A DNA stretch of 64,000 bases from the NCBI GenBank assembly GCA_964106645.2, contig OZ067042.1; one strand, written 5' to 3'. A model generated the notes under the pieces. That model made no database searches, was not told where the DNA came from, and saw nothing but the letters and a program-made list of their open reading frames with translations. The DNA is from Podarcis pityusensis. Its lineage: Eukaryota. Position numbers and translations under genes: made by a program. Each line of letters begins with the position of its first letter. The first letter of the stretch is position 1. This document shows positions 50,198 to 62,664 of the stretch, piece after piece.

Positions 50198-50499
50198 TGT
50201 TACAGCAAAAGTCCCCTTTGCTGTTTCTTTCCACTATGCATTCTCTGCTAAGCAAAACGTCCGTGAAAGGCACATGCCAGCAGTATTAATTAAAACCATA
50301 ACATTACAATTACAGATTCCTCCAAAAATGTGCCTTTTGCACTTCAATGCAAACACTTAAAATAGACATTACTCTGAAAAATGAAATGGGCTTGTTTGTA
50401 CCTCACTGTCACTTTTTCAGAAATGTGAATAAACAGTTGTATATTGAAGAAATTTTATTAAAAATTTATCCCAGTGGTCAGCATTTCATTTCTGTTGTC

Positions 50500-53400
50500 T
50501 CATTTTCCTCCCAGAAAACCTCAAAGGTATCAGTGCATACAAAGGTTGCTGTGTTGGTTCTTTTGTTTGTTCTTTTGTAGAGGTTTGTAACACCATCAGG
50601 GAACACAAGTTTCTTTTAAAAAGGAATATTGTTCCTGCATTGCACAATAATCTCATTCCGCAAATGGCTACCATTTTGCCTAACCAAATATTCCAAGTAA
50701 CTTGAAAGATTGCTCATTCTTGCTTTTCCACAGAATCACTTTCTGTTGCCTGCTGTGTCTTCTCTTGTGTATGACCGACAGGCTATATTATCTTGTATTA
50801 TTTATTAGGCGTCATATGCAATGTTCAAAATTGTGACCCTATGGTGTCTTTGCATGTTCTAATTCGGCTCAGATACTCACTGCATGATATGACTGAGCTA
50901 CCAACCAATAGTTCTCTCATCTTATTCTGAGTCATTTTGACTCATTGGCTTGGATCCTAACTTTTTTTTTTTTTTTTTTAATATATATTTATTCAAGTTT
51001 TTCAATACATAAACATATTTAAACAAATAACATTAATTATTTGACATCTTTTCATCATTGCTTTGGACTCCCCCACGCCTCCCGCACACACCTGCATCGT
51101 TAAAGAATTGTTTCCAAACAAATTATCATTTTGTTCGTAATCTTGAATTTGATCATTAACATATAGTTTAAACTTAAATCTTATTTAGTGGTAGACAATT
51201 ACTTCTACTCTGACATCCTAATCAACATTCGGCCAAATTACAATACTTTTGCAGATAAATCTTGAACTTCTTCCAGTCTTCTTCCATCCTCTCTTCTCCC
51301 AAGTCTCGAATTCTGCCGGTCATCTCGGCTAGTTGCATATAGTCCATCAGCTGCATCTGCCATTCTTCCAACGTAGGTAGATTTTGAGTTTTCCAGTTCT
51401 TAGCAATCAGTATCCTTGCTGCTGTTGTTGCGTACATGAAAAATGTTCTGTCCTTCTTTAACACACTCTGGCCGACAATGCCCAAGAGGAAGGCCTCCGG
51501 TTTCTTGGTAAAGGTGTACCTAAACACCTTTTTTAACTCATTATATATCATCTCCCAAAAGGCCTTCACTCTCGGGCAAGTCCACCAGAGGTGAAAAAAG
51601 GTTCCTTCATTTTCCTTACATTTCCAACATTTATTATCAGACGAATGGTATATTTTGGCCAATTTAACTGGGGTCATGTACCATCTATATATCATTTTCA
51701 TTACATTTTCCTTCAAAGCATTACATGCAGTGAAGTTCAGCCCAGAGGTCCATAACCTTTCCCAGTCTTCAAACATAATATTATGCCCAATATCCTGTGC
51801 CCATTTTATCATAACCGATTTGACCATTTCGTCTTGTGTGTTCCATTTCAGCAACAAATTATACATCTTTGAAAGTACTTTAGTCTTAGGTTCTAACAGT
51901 TCAGTTTCCAGCTTTGACTTCTCCACCTGGAATCCTAACTTTTTGTCATTTTTAAATACTTCTTTAATCTGAGCGTAGTGTAACCAGTCCCGCACTTTAT
52001 CTTTCATTTTCTCTAAACTCTGCAATCTCCAATTGTTACCATCTCTTTCTAATATCTCCCAATATTTTGGCCAGTTGGCCTCCATATTGGCTCTTTTTCG
52101 GGCCTTAGCCTCTAGGGGTGACAGCCACCTCGGAGTTTTATTCTCCAATAAGTCTTTGTATCTTATCCAGACATTAAATACTGCTTTCCTGACAATATGG
52201 TTCTTAAAGGCCTTGTTTGTCTTAACCTTGTCATACCATAAATATGCATGCCATCCAAATGCATTATTAAAACCTTCTAAATCTAATACATCCGTATCTT
52301 CAAGAAGTAGCCAATCTTTTAGCCAGCAGAAAGCTGCCGCTTCGTAATACAGCTTTAGGTCTGGCAGGGCAAAGCCCCCTCTTTCTTTTGCATCCGTTAA
52401 TATCTTAAACTTAATTCTGGGCTTTTTGCCCTGGCTTGGATCCTAACTTTTATTTTGCTCTTGGGGTTTGGGGAACCCTTGAGCGGTGTGGAGAGCTGCA
52501 GGCAGCCAAGGGAACATGGTTTCTTCTATAAAGGCTACACTATGTTGGTTATTAGCAACCTGATTCTGTAAGAATTTTCTACATAGTAGCTATATAGATA
52601 TTTCAGTGAATTATATTTTTTAAATTTGCAGCTCCAAAAAGATGTATAGTCCTTATCTGGACCACCTGGAGTGCATTTTAAGTATCACTTCCTTTGGCAG
52701 TTTGATACGGAGTTGTTTCCAGCTGCAGAGAACATTTTGTGCAATGGGACATTTCTCTTCCTTTCTTTTGTCCCCCATATACCCATGGGATATGCTGTGG
52801 GCTAAATTGTCTGGGCCTGCAGTGGGAGGGCATAATTGTCCCAAAGCAGGTAGGGAAATCTTGCACAAGATTCTTCTGCCCAATACCTGGTGATTCACCT
52901 CCACCCTGTTCTGGATAACACAGCCCACAATGTTTGGTAGGTCCTGCTGAGTATCTAGAGAGACTTTTTGTGGGGGGTGGGGGTGGGAAAAGGAAAGGGA
53001 GATCATATGAGCTACCTTAACTTGTGCTTGTGCAATGTTCAATACATCTCATGAGCACAAGAACTTTGCTACAGGTAAGCTTGGAGAACACTTGTGGATT
53101 TTCCTCTAATAGTTGGAATTTACCTTTTTTGAAAAGATGTTAAATGAAAGGCCACTTCATAAGTAGTACCAATAGATTGTATTACCACCAATGTAAATAA
53201 TGTGAGATAACCAGCTTCGGATAACCAATATGCTTAAGTCTAATTAATGCATGAAGGGGTTAAAACCAGAGTAAGCTCTCCTGCCATGCTTCTTGAAACT
53301 TGGGAGGGACTAGCTTATCAAGCCTTTGTTCCATCACTCTACCCAAGATGCTCAGGATGTAAAGCAATCCAAGCTGGTTGTTCCAAGCTCAGATTTCATG

Positions 53401-56011
53401 GCTCTAACTTTCTTGAGTTCATATATCAATAATTTAGGAACTTTCACCAATGTAACTAAACCAAGTTTTACTGTCTGCAACCTTTTCTGACTGCTGTATG
53501 GAAAAGCACACGAACCTGACCCATGGGGAGTTTGTAAGTAAACCATTTTTAACTTAACCAAATGTGTGTCTTTTCTATGCTAAGGGAAGAGGGAAGTTTT
53601 GAAACTCACAAGGATATATTTTAAAGGTCTAGCAGCCTGTATTTCCACACTTTAATATTCTGCATATGTGGCGATTTTAAAACCTCTGCTGGGGTTTTTG
53701 CCCCAAACCTGGATGTTAGCATTCAGGAATTCTCTTTCCTATACGCCTATTTTATTTTTTGCCGCCAACAAATAAAAGTACTTTACAATTCTGTTGGTGG
53801 CGTCTTGCCTACATTATCATCTTAATGAGAGTGATATTTTTGATATTCAGCATTTTATGTCAAGCAGAGTAATAGTGATTGTTTATATGTATGAAATATC
53901 TTCCAACTATTATAGATAACTTTATTATTTTGGCTATTGTCTAGAAAGAGATTCTGCTGGAGTTTTTAGAGTGAATTAAGCAACTGCCACATAGCTACTG
54001 GATGTTTTGTTGCATGCTGACATTTTCCTTTTATGAGGAAGCCAACTGTTTGGTTTAACTTGTGCTATCTACATAACAACCATCGCCTATATCCTTTTGT
54101 GCTTCACCTATTTAAAGGTTAAAGAGAACCAAAGTAAACCTACATACCGTATTAACCATTTCCAGTCAGCTGGATCCAGGTGGTGTTTAGAGTAACAATG
54201 GCATATATAACTTGTTCAAGAAGCCATTTTAACTTGCAAAAGATGCTGATAAATATTGTAGCTCATTTTTTCCCAGGCCTTATATTTGACCAGTTTGCAG
54301 GGAATCTGTCTTGCAAAACACTTTACCCCCCACTCTGAATGTAGTACTTTAAAAGTTTGCATTGCTTCCCAATAGTAGTGTTTAGAAAAGTTGAGTGAAG
54401 GCAAAACTGTCCAGAACAGAGATAGGTTTTCCAAATGCTAGGCAAACAGCTTGCTGTAAAACTGAGTTTCTTGCTAAGGGGGAAATTGGCAGGTCTGCAT
54501 CTCTTCTTTCCTACTCCCTACTGTAGATTTAAGGCTGCAGCTTATTGCTTTGGGGCTCCCATGTGAAGAGGAGCTAAGGGTTTGTTGACATTAGATTTTT
54601 TTTTATATAAAAAAAATCAAACACTTTAACAATTGGGCAGATAACAGGGATTGAATTCATTCTACCTAGCCTGACTCTAGCAGTCTGGATCATAGAGTTA
54701 TGCTGACCACTGACTGCAAAACAGTTGAATTGCTTTAGTGCCTATAAACTCTGTCCCTTATGTTTTATAAGCAGCAATTCTCTCCCCTCTAGTCTCAGTT
54801 AATGCACTTTGGCATCAGAGAGAAATTACACAGCAGGAACTGTCATTACCCAAGCCAGAGTACTAAATAACCGGTGTAATGTACCTTTTCTTTTGCTCTG
54901 TACTGGGGTAGTCAGGCATCATGCCTTCTGTCTAAGCAAATTAGGAGGTGATACTGATGTGTAGGCTTGATGCTCTTCTATGGCCTCATTCTGTGTTGTA
55001 AGACAGCATTTGTTTCTCCTTTATATTCTAAGCATTATTTATTAAGAGCCATTATGTGAGTTAGCCTAAATGAATCAGTGCATTTTCTTTTAACTTTTCT
55101 TTCTGTTAGATGAGCCCTGTTAGATCTCTTTTAATTAGTAATGATGGCTCTACATTTTGCTATCCAGCATATAGGCAACAATCCCAGAGGCATAATAAAA
55201 TCCACAATATTCAAGTACACAGATTATCTAGTACTGTTGCCTTTGGTAGAGAGCTGATCATGTTAGACAGGACAAGGTTTTAGAATGCTGTAGCAGCCTT
55301 CTACTAATAACATTTCACCATAAACCACAGACAAAATGTTGTAGTTCCAACACAGAACTGAACAGTAAATGGCTGCAAAGTAGATGGAGGCCCCTTTCCC
55401 TTTCTTCAGGCATCTGAAGTGGCTTTGAAAGGGACATCCATGCTTTCATTCTTTTCCGTCTACATGAATATGTTAGTAAGGCAGTAAATGGAGTAGTTTG
55501 TTACAACTCCCTTCCCCAGTGGTGGTGCAGCAGTTGTCCCAAGTTCTCCCTGTGATTTATGAAAACAAAAATACCCTACTTGCATCAGACCAGAGGTCCA
55601 CCTGTACTTTGCACAGTACAGTTTACAAACATGGCTTAGAGTTGATAATCCTCTCTTGCTATATTATCCTACATCTGTGGCAAATTTGGAGGCAATTTTG
55701 TGCAAAACATTATTCCACAGTGGTGGCTGATGCTCATTGGGATTGCTAGGGAAGAATGGAGGCAGGTGAAGCCAAAGCCGACTAATTCTAGTCTTGTCTC
55801 CATCTTCTGTTCTGAATTCCACAATAGCAACATGAGAATCAAGAGGAGGGGACAGTCACCGCCGTCCAGTGGACTGCTTGTTATGGAGGAAGGCAGACAG
55901 GTTGGTATGGCAGTGCGCCATTTGCCCCAGTGAACAAGATTCCACTGCTATTCTGTATCGCCATCATGACCAAGAACCAGCGAGAGATATTGTCCATGAT
56001 TCTGAACTGGT
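50500..56011 (-). pseudogene. MMP21: Putative highly decayed unitary MMP21 pseudogene (scattered exon relics)
   Basis: Sits in the MMP21 syntenic slot on the expected strand. Collinear fragments: CGI (55811-55823), WRLIGEGY-like (55645-55673), QTGQI*GL vs EIGHVLGL (54274-54297) with LDPADWK..G|gtatgt (54148), WY.YE-like (53156-53171), TIFLFKRN vs SIFFFKGN (about 50610). Manual comparison only. Confidence 0.55.
50962..52431 (-). mobile_element. Young 5'-truncated L1-clade LINE (ORF2 C-terminus, 3'UTR, poly(A))
   Basis: Frame open 52430->51222 (GKKPRIK...GGFALPDLKLYY...CWKCKENEGTFFHLWWTC); poly(A) as T-run 50962-50979; 16-bp TSD tggcttggatcctaac at 50946-50961 and 52432-52447. Confidence 0.93.
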
Positions 56012-57650
56012 CTAAGTACAACAGAAAATAAAATGGAGAGAGAAATGCAAAGCTTACAGGGAGTGTTTCCCTGCTACCTGTCTTAACATTTTGACAGGTC
56101 ACACAGTAGGACTTTGTAGGTTGATCTGAATGCCTGGCAGTCTCATAGGGGTGTAGTTGGTCCTTCAGATAACATGATCTCAGAACTTTGAGGGCTTTAA
56201 AAGTTCAAAACTGAAACTTTAAATGGACCTGGAAATGAAACTGGCAAAAAGTACAGAATTGGCTCCCACAAGCATTATTGCTGCTGCATTCTGTACCAAT
56301 GGAATTTTCTTAACTGAAAGGAGAGCATTATTCTAATTCATTGTGGATGTAACCAGTGCATGAGTCACTATGGCAAGGTCACATTTCACCAGATAGATTC
56401 CAGCCAAACTCAAGCTGTGGCCCCTATTGCAAAATCAATTTAACTAGGTGACCAGTTCTGGCATTGCAAGTGAGGAAAGGAAAAACCTCTACTAACTACT
56501 TTTACAGCAGTAGAACCTCTGAAGACTACTGTTCTTGGCAATCTTGAGATCACTTTAGGAAATTAATGTTTTTAACAATTCTAGACTTTTGAATTGATGT
56601 TTTTAAATTGTGGAAGTGTTTGCCACCCTGGCCTTCTTCAATAAAACATACAAACGGTCTGAATTCACAAGGTTAGGTGCCTATGTTTTTCAAGGTATAA
56701 CCAGAACATCAAGAATATTTTGTAACTTGTTTATTGGAATTGTGACTTGGAAATCATTCTTTCCCTCTTTCAAAGGATGATGCAAAACATGATTTAAACA
56801 GGAGCACACAATGTGCTTGTATAAACTGAGATACTTGATATACAGAACACTTGTCAGAAGCGACTAATTTGAAATGAACATATTCACAGCCTATGATCAA
56901 ATATCTCATTTATATGCTATTATTCACAGTAGCAGAGAACGTACAATTACGAAAATCTGCATAAGGTGTAAAGTACATAGGAGGCAACCAATATCCCACC
57001 CCAAGTGTATGGTGGAGTGTCTCTGGAAGTCTGCTTTTAGTCAATGGGCAGATTTCATGTAAAGTGTCCAATCAGCACGAGGGTTTTCACTCATGCAATT
57101 GAGCTTTCTCTTTTTTCTTCCCTCTGCTTCCCATCTGAAATTGGCTCAGGGGCGTTAGAAGAATTCCCAGAACAGCACATAGGGGATTAGTCTGTCTGGC
57201 AGGTTGCAATGCTTGCACTGACCATAACCCGACATTGAAATCTACCCTGGATTTCTGAAGGGAACTTAGGTGCAATGAAAATTGCATCTGGATTATAGCA
57301 ACATTGCTTACATTAAATGTGAGACTTAATTAGAAGGCAACAGAACACCTAATGCTTCATTATTACTATTTCTAAAACTTTTTTTAAAAAAGCTCACATT
57401 TATCAGGGTAAGATTAGACAAGCTGTTAACTGTGCTAGACAGCTACTATTACTGTCCATTTTAATTTGTATTTAGCACCACTGTTAATACAGTATAAAGG
57501 CATACATTAAGTGTCTTACAGGCCAGAGCTGAATATGACTTCTAATCCCAATGAATGTTACACCCACTGACAATAAGTTTTCATTTTAGAGATGTCATTT
57601 CTGCGAAATAGCGTAATATCCAATACACACAGCCTTAAAATCCGTCAGTT

Positions 57651-57776
57651 CTACAACTGGAGACTCCTTTTAATGCAAGCAGTGAGATCCTCTGGAGTTG
57701 GGCTACTGGCAATGCAGCTCACTGAGACGCCTTGAGCAGTTATAGCTTCAGCTGTTGTTGGACCTATAGCAGCAAA
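57651..57776 (-). CDS. UROS: UROS terminal coding exon
   Basis: tttcag|[44 protein letters not shown]; 126 nt. Confidence 0.95.
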   Translation of the reverse strand, partial: FAAIGPTTAEAITAQGVSVSCIASSPTPEDLTACIKRSLQL

Positions 57777-60601
57777 CTGAAATGACACTCGTGTTAACAC
57801 AGTAGAGACCGATACAGTATTGACTTCAGCTCTTGCTATGTCAGCCAGCTGCCTGATAACATTTCCCCATGTAGATCAACACCCTAGCCTTTCAGAAATG
57901 TATTCCAAACTCATGTATGTATGTGGTTTTGGATCAAGGGCTAAAATGCATCCCTTTTCATTGGTCTTCAAGTTGCAATAAAGATCTATTGAACTTATTT
58001 TCTCATACCAATGAAGTTTGGACTAATAAATGTCAACGTACCCTCTTTAACTTACGTCTGGTACCAATAGCCAGCCTTGAAATTACATAGCAAGCAAGTT
58101 CGCACTACTAATTCAAAATTCAAGTAGGGCAGGAAATTAAGCCCCATCTTAATATATGCTGTGTTCATGCTCAAACTATAGAATGGCTTTGCTCACACGT
58201 CATACTACCCATCTTTAATGGTTTAGTGTGAACATGCTGGTCTCTCCTGTTTTGCTCCTCCTTGTTGGACCCACTTGGTTTAGCATTACATCCAGACCAG
58301 ATATCATGGTTTGTCCTGCTCAAAGTGTAAACCATTACTAGATTGGGATTGTGGTGCAGCTGGGCAACTCTTTGCACCCTGCCCCCACTATTTATCCCAG
58401 GGTGAAAGCAGCTATTGATGCCAATAGCGTTTTCAGGATGGTGACTTTCATCAGAACTGCAACATGGGTGGAAAATATTATCTCCCTCCCTCCTTGTGTT
58501 GTGGCCTCAATACAAATCTCCACCCCCACCTGGGTGGTAAAATATAAACACATGTGAATATGCACTCAATGTCACAAGTGGTTGATAATTCATATTCTGC
58601 AAACAGTGAAGTGAAGAAATAAATCAAGTGAAATGGTGTCGGCTTCCAATGGCGTGCATGCCTTTGCTGCTTCTTTTCCCTGCAGTTATTCCATAATGGT
58701 TGTATATCAAACTCTCATTACTGTTTGGTTGCTAACACACTGAAACATCCATAGATTAATGTGATTCTGAGTCAGTAAATAAGTTCTGTATCCCTCGACA
58801 CTATAGGAAAAACATGTCCCCCAATTCATAAAGTGTCTTTCTACAAAGGATATTAAGGCAATTGACAGCGAACAGTTGCCACCCACAGCACAAAGTTAAG
58901 AGACAGAAAAGCTTAAAGCAAAATGATAATCAGGAATCCAAGACCCTTGAATCAGAATTCTGTTTGAACCAAATGCAATATTACCTCTCCAACAGATTTG
59001 TACCTTAATTTGGGGAAAGAGATCACCAGCCAATTCCTGAATCTGCTTCATACAATATTTGACACCAGATGGACTGAAAAACGTGATACTTGCAGGAATA
59101 CCCTGTGGAAAAATATTTAAAAGAGAAGGAGAGCTGATATTTCTTCCTGGTTGAATCTCTTGATGTATGTTCAACCAGGGTTGTTTTTTTGTTTTGTATT
59201 CACCATGGCCACTTTGCAGCTTAAAAGTCGGTTTTGAAGTTGCTGCAGTGGATATTACAGCTAGCGGGGGGCTCTTACCACATGTACATAAAGCAACACA
59301 ACATCACATTTCAGTTGCTGTTTTGCCCAAGAATGCATGAAGTTTGATTTTTCCAGTTTGATTGGGAGGAGGTCACTAGAAGACCAGGCTAATGTTTCCT
59401 GAAAGAAGTCCTTTTTATTCCTGTCTACAAACAATTCCTCATAGTAACATAGTTACTTAAAGTTTTGTAAATGAACCTCACATTTCTAATTGTAATAGGC
59501 AACTGCGTAGCTTGGGTTCTACAGTCAAGATCCCACAGCCAATATAACCTCTCCTTTCTAATGCACTTTTAATCAAACAAAAATCCTTCAAGGGCTCCCT
59601 TCTAAACTTACTCTGGGCTACTGATCCAACACCAACTATATGCTCCACAAATGACCATGCAGAGTCAAGCATTCAGTTGTGTGGAAGACAGCCTGCTGTG
59701 GCATAAAAAAATATACGTGAGCTAGAGAACTAATCTCAACAATGGCATTAGAGTAAGATCTCTCCTAAAAGTATTCAGCATGGAAAAAAACAGCATCCCT
59801 ACAAAATTCCTAATTCCCACTGAGGGGCACGGGCGGAGATGGTGCAAATGAACAACCTGTGTTAACCCTTTACATTCAACAGTGTGAATTCCCTTAGAAC
59901 AATAAATGCTTTACTGCAGAAAGGGAAAAAAAAGATTTTTCTACAAAAAAAAAAGTTTTAGGAAGTACAAGAAGACGACAATAAGATATAACCTCAAGTC
60001 CACCTAATTGGCAGCAGCCCCATTTACTTTAGTGGGACCCTTCTAATTCTAGATCGCTGCCATAACCCCTCAAAAAACCCCCATGAAGCTGGGAACAAAA
60101 CACACAAGTTACCTGGAAGGTAAGATTATTTGAGTTCTTTCTGTGAGAGCATCTAAAATAGGTTGAACATCTCAATTGCAGGAGGAAAAAAGATATATGT
60201 CTATACCATTAGTGTGGTAAGAAATGTTCAAGGATTATATAACATAAAACCATCAATAGGTTTAAGAGCTATTGTGTTTCGTATCACAAAAATGTCTGGG
60301 GACCACTTCCATTTTTATCAAACAAATGCATTATATCTAAGATGACTAAAAGCACAGCCAGAGGAATTCTGCCTCCACAGCTAGGGGAGGGGGCTGGAGA
60401 AATTGCTTAAGCAGCTTGCTGGTTGTCCTTGGCAATAGTAACTTAACAGACAACCAAGAGAACGTAATAAAATTTATCATAATGTAGATAAATGCTCACT
60501 TGAGAAGTGAGATACCTGTTGTGAGAAATAATTCCTCAAGGAGTCTTGAAGATTAAGATGTTGAGTAGTTTGGTAAACAGTAAGGCCCTCTAGTGCAATG
60601 C
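57651..60601 (-). CDS. UROS: Uroporphyrinogen-III synthase, last three coding exons (gene continues beyond the window)
   Basis: [11 protein letters not shown].../[13 protein letters not shown].../FAAIGPTTA...SPTPEDL... match the UROS (HEM4 family) C-terminus; GT-AG introns in frame. Confidence 0.95.
59004..59102 (-). CDS. UROS: UROS penultimate exon
   Basis: ccacag|[33 protein letters not shown]|gtac; 99 nt. Confidence 0.95.
60516..60601 (-). CDS. UROS: UROS third-to-last exon
   Basis: ttgcag|(G)[28 protein letters not shown]|gtatc; 86 nt. Confidence 0.94.
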
Positions 60602-60889
60602 CTGCAACAAAACAGTGAAATATATTACTGATTAAGCTTATCGGTTTCAGTTAAATCAAAACACAAACATTTAAACTGATGTCATCCTGAGCATTAATAC
60701 TAACATGGATGGGTATCTAGCAGATGCTGCCCCAAATCTAAAATAAACAACCACCTCTTTGTTTTGAAAACAAAATTATTTGGGGGAAAAATATTTTAAG
60801 GGTTTATTGTCATTTACAATAAACATGCAAAGACTTGCTAACCAAAGCATATGAGATAAACTGAACAAAAATCCCACACAACACTATGT

Positions 60890-61138
60890 ACCAGTGTGGT
60901 GTAGTGGTTAAGAGCGGTAGACTTGTAATCTGGTGAACCGGGTTCACTTCCCCGCTCCTCCACATGCAGCTGCTGGGTGACCTTGGGCTAGTCACACTTC
61001 TCTGAAGTCTCTCAGCCTCACTCACCTCACAGAGTGTTTGTTGTGGGGGAGGAAGGGAAAGGAGATTGTTAGCCGCTTTGAGACTCCTTAGGGTAGTGAT
61101 AAAGCGGGATATCAAATCCAAACTCCTCCTCCTCTTCT
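60890..61138 (+). mobile_element. tRNA-derived SINE (Squam3-like), antisense in a UROS intron
   Basis: tggtgtagtggttaagagc A-box and ccgggttc B-box-like head; body gtgaccttgggctagtcac; (CTC/CTT)n tail. Confidence 0.8.
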
Positions 61139-62664
61139 ACCTGAATATTTTTCAAGGGCTAAAAAATGCAGGCACTGTAACTGAATATGCTGTGCCAAAA
61201 TAGCATGCTGAGTCATCATCACCAACCCCAGGAACCATCTTAATTGATTATTTAAATGGCAGTGACCTGCCTTGTTGTGCTTGCCACAGAAATGGGTGAG
61301 GATGACTTATTGTATATGGGGATGATGTATAGGTTCACTTACGCACCACTCTTCTGATTTCAACAAAGGCAAACATTGGGCACACACTGAAACTTTGCAG
61401 GCTGCATTAGGATGAACTTGCCCCTTGGACTGATCCAGGTTGTCACAGAAAGAGCATCAACATAAACTACCCAGTAGCACCACTGAGATGGCAATGTTTG
61501 ACGGAGCCCACAAGTATGCAAAGCCGGTTATTGGTCTGATAACTGGCACTGTCTCTCATGCACTCTGTGTTTCTCAAATTGAAGGACCAAACTTCAAAAA
61601 CACTTTAAACGATTTAAATCAAACCTTTCCCACTGAGCATTGTTGGAAGTGTTTCCCTTTTGAGAGCCCCGCAAGGAAAAAACAGAGGCAATGAATTGGG
61701 TGACTCCCCTGTTTGAAAAAATAAAATAAAAATATATTTAATTCATGAGGTCATTTTAAGCACAAAGTCCCCAAATAATACTTTTAAACCATCACACTAC
61801 AAACACACAGTGAAAAGTATGATATGTGTTACTTGCACCCTTAAGACTACTGAAAATAAAGTTCAAGGCACATAGGTGTTTCACATGTAGCAGAAGCTCT
61901 TTAGCATGTTTTTTTATTTAAAAAAAAAAAACAGGTTTCCATTGCCAAGACATGGATATTTTGGCTAAAGAGTTCTGGCAAAAAGATAAATTGCCTTGCT
62001 ATGCTCCATTTCTTTGCTATTCAACAGAGAGCTACCAAGCACAATGCTTCCAATCATCTTAATAAGTTTTCTCCCTCCCCTTCAGTCACTTGGCATTCCT
62101 CATACTTGTTTAGCTATTTAAAGACTCATTTCAGCTGAATAAATTTGCTGTCTGACATTCCACACAAAGGAAAGGTCAAGGCTGTCACAAGAAGGAACAG
62201 GGTGGTTTGAAAAGATGTTCCAGATACAAGTTGTCTTATTGGGGATATATAACACACCCATTTTCTGGTTTTTAAAATGGACATTCACTTTTTTGAACCC
62301 CTACAAGTTCTCTTAGGGGAACCATCACACAAATGTCCTCAGACAGACCTTCTTATTGGAGAACAGTCATCCTTGCATACATTCATACAACATATTCCTA
62401 CTAATATGTTTTTTTAAATCAATTTATGGAATTCACTGTTGCAAGATGTGCTGGTAGTCATTAGCTTAGCTGGTTCTAGAAATGGATTAAGACACATTCA
62501 TGGAAAGGAAGTCTATTAGTTGGCCACAAAAACTATACCTCTGAATATCAGATGCTGGGGACCAAGAGAAGAGGGCTGTTGCCCTCATATCCTGCTTCCC
62601 AGAAGAATCTGTATGGCCACTGTTGGAAATTCAATTCTAGACTACATGCAGCAGGGCTCTGATA

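Noticed and set aside
52620-52760. Possible MMP21 exon 6 relic
   Set aside because: Similarity too weak to distinguish from chance by eye.
55881-56102. 73-aa ORF as a novel small gene
   Set aside because: Its start lies upstream of a splice-acceptor-like tract and it has no coherent homology; better treated as possible pseudogene debris.
60890-60965. tRNA gene
   Set aside because: tRNA-like head continues into a SINE body and tail; the same applies at 47341 and 32010.
62150-62195. Next upstream UROS exon (LLFPCG motif)
   Set aside because: Only a superficial LTFPLCG resemblance with no fitting splice sites; the real exon probably lies beyond the window.
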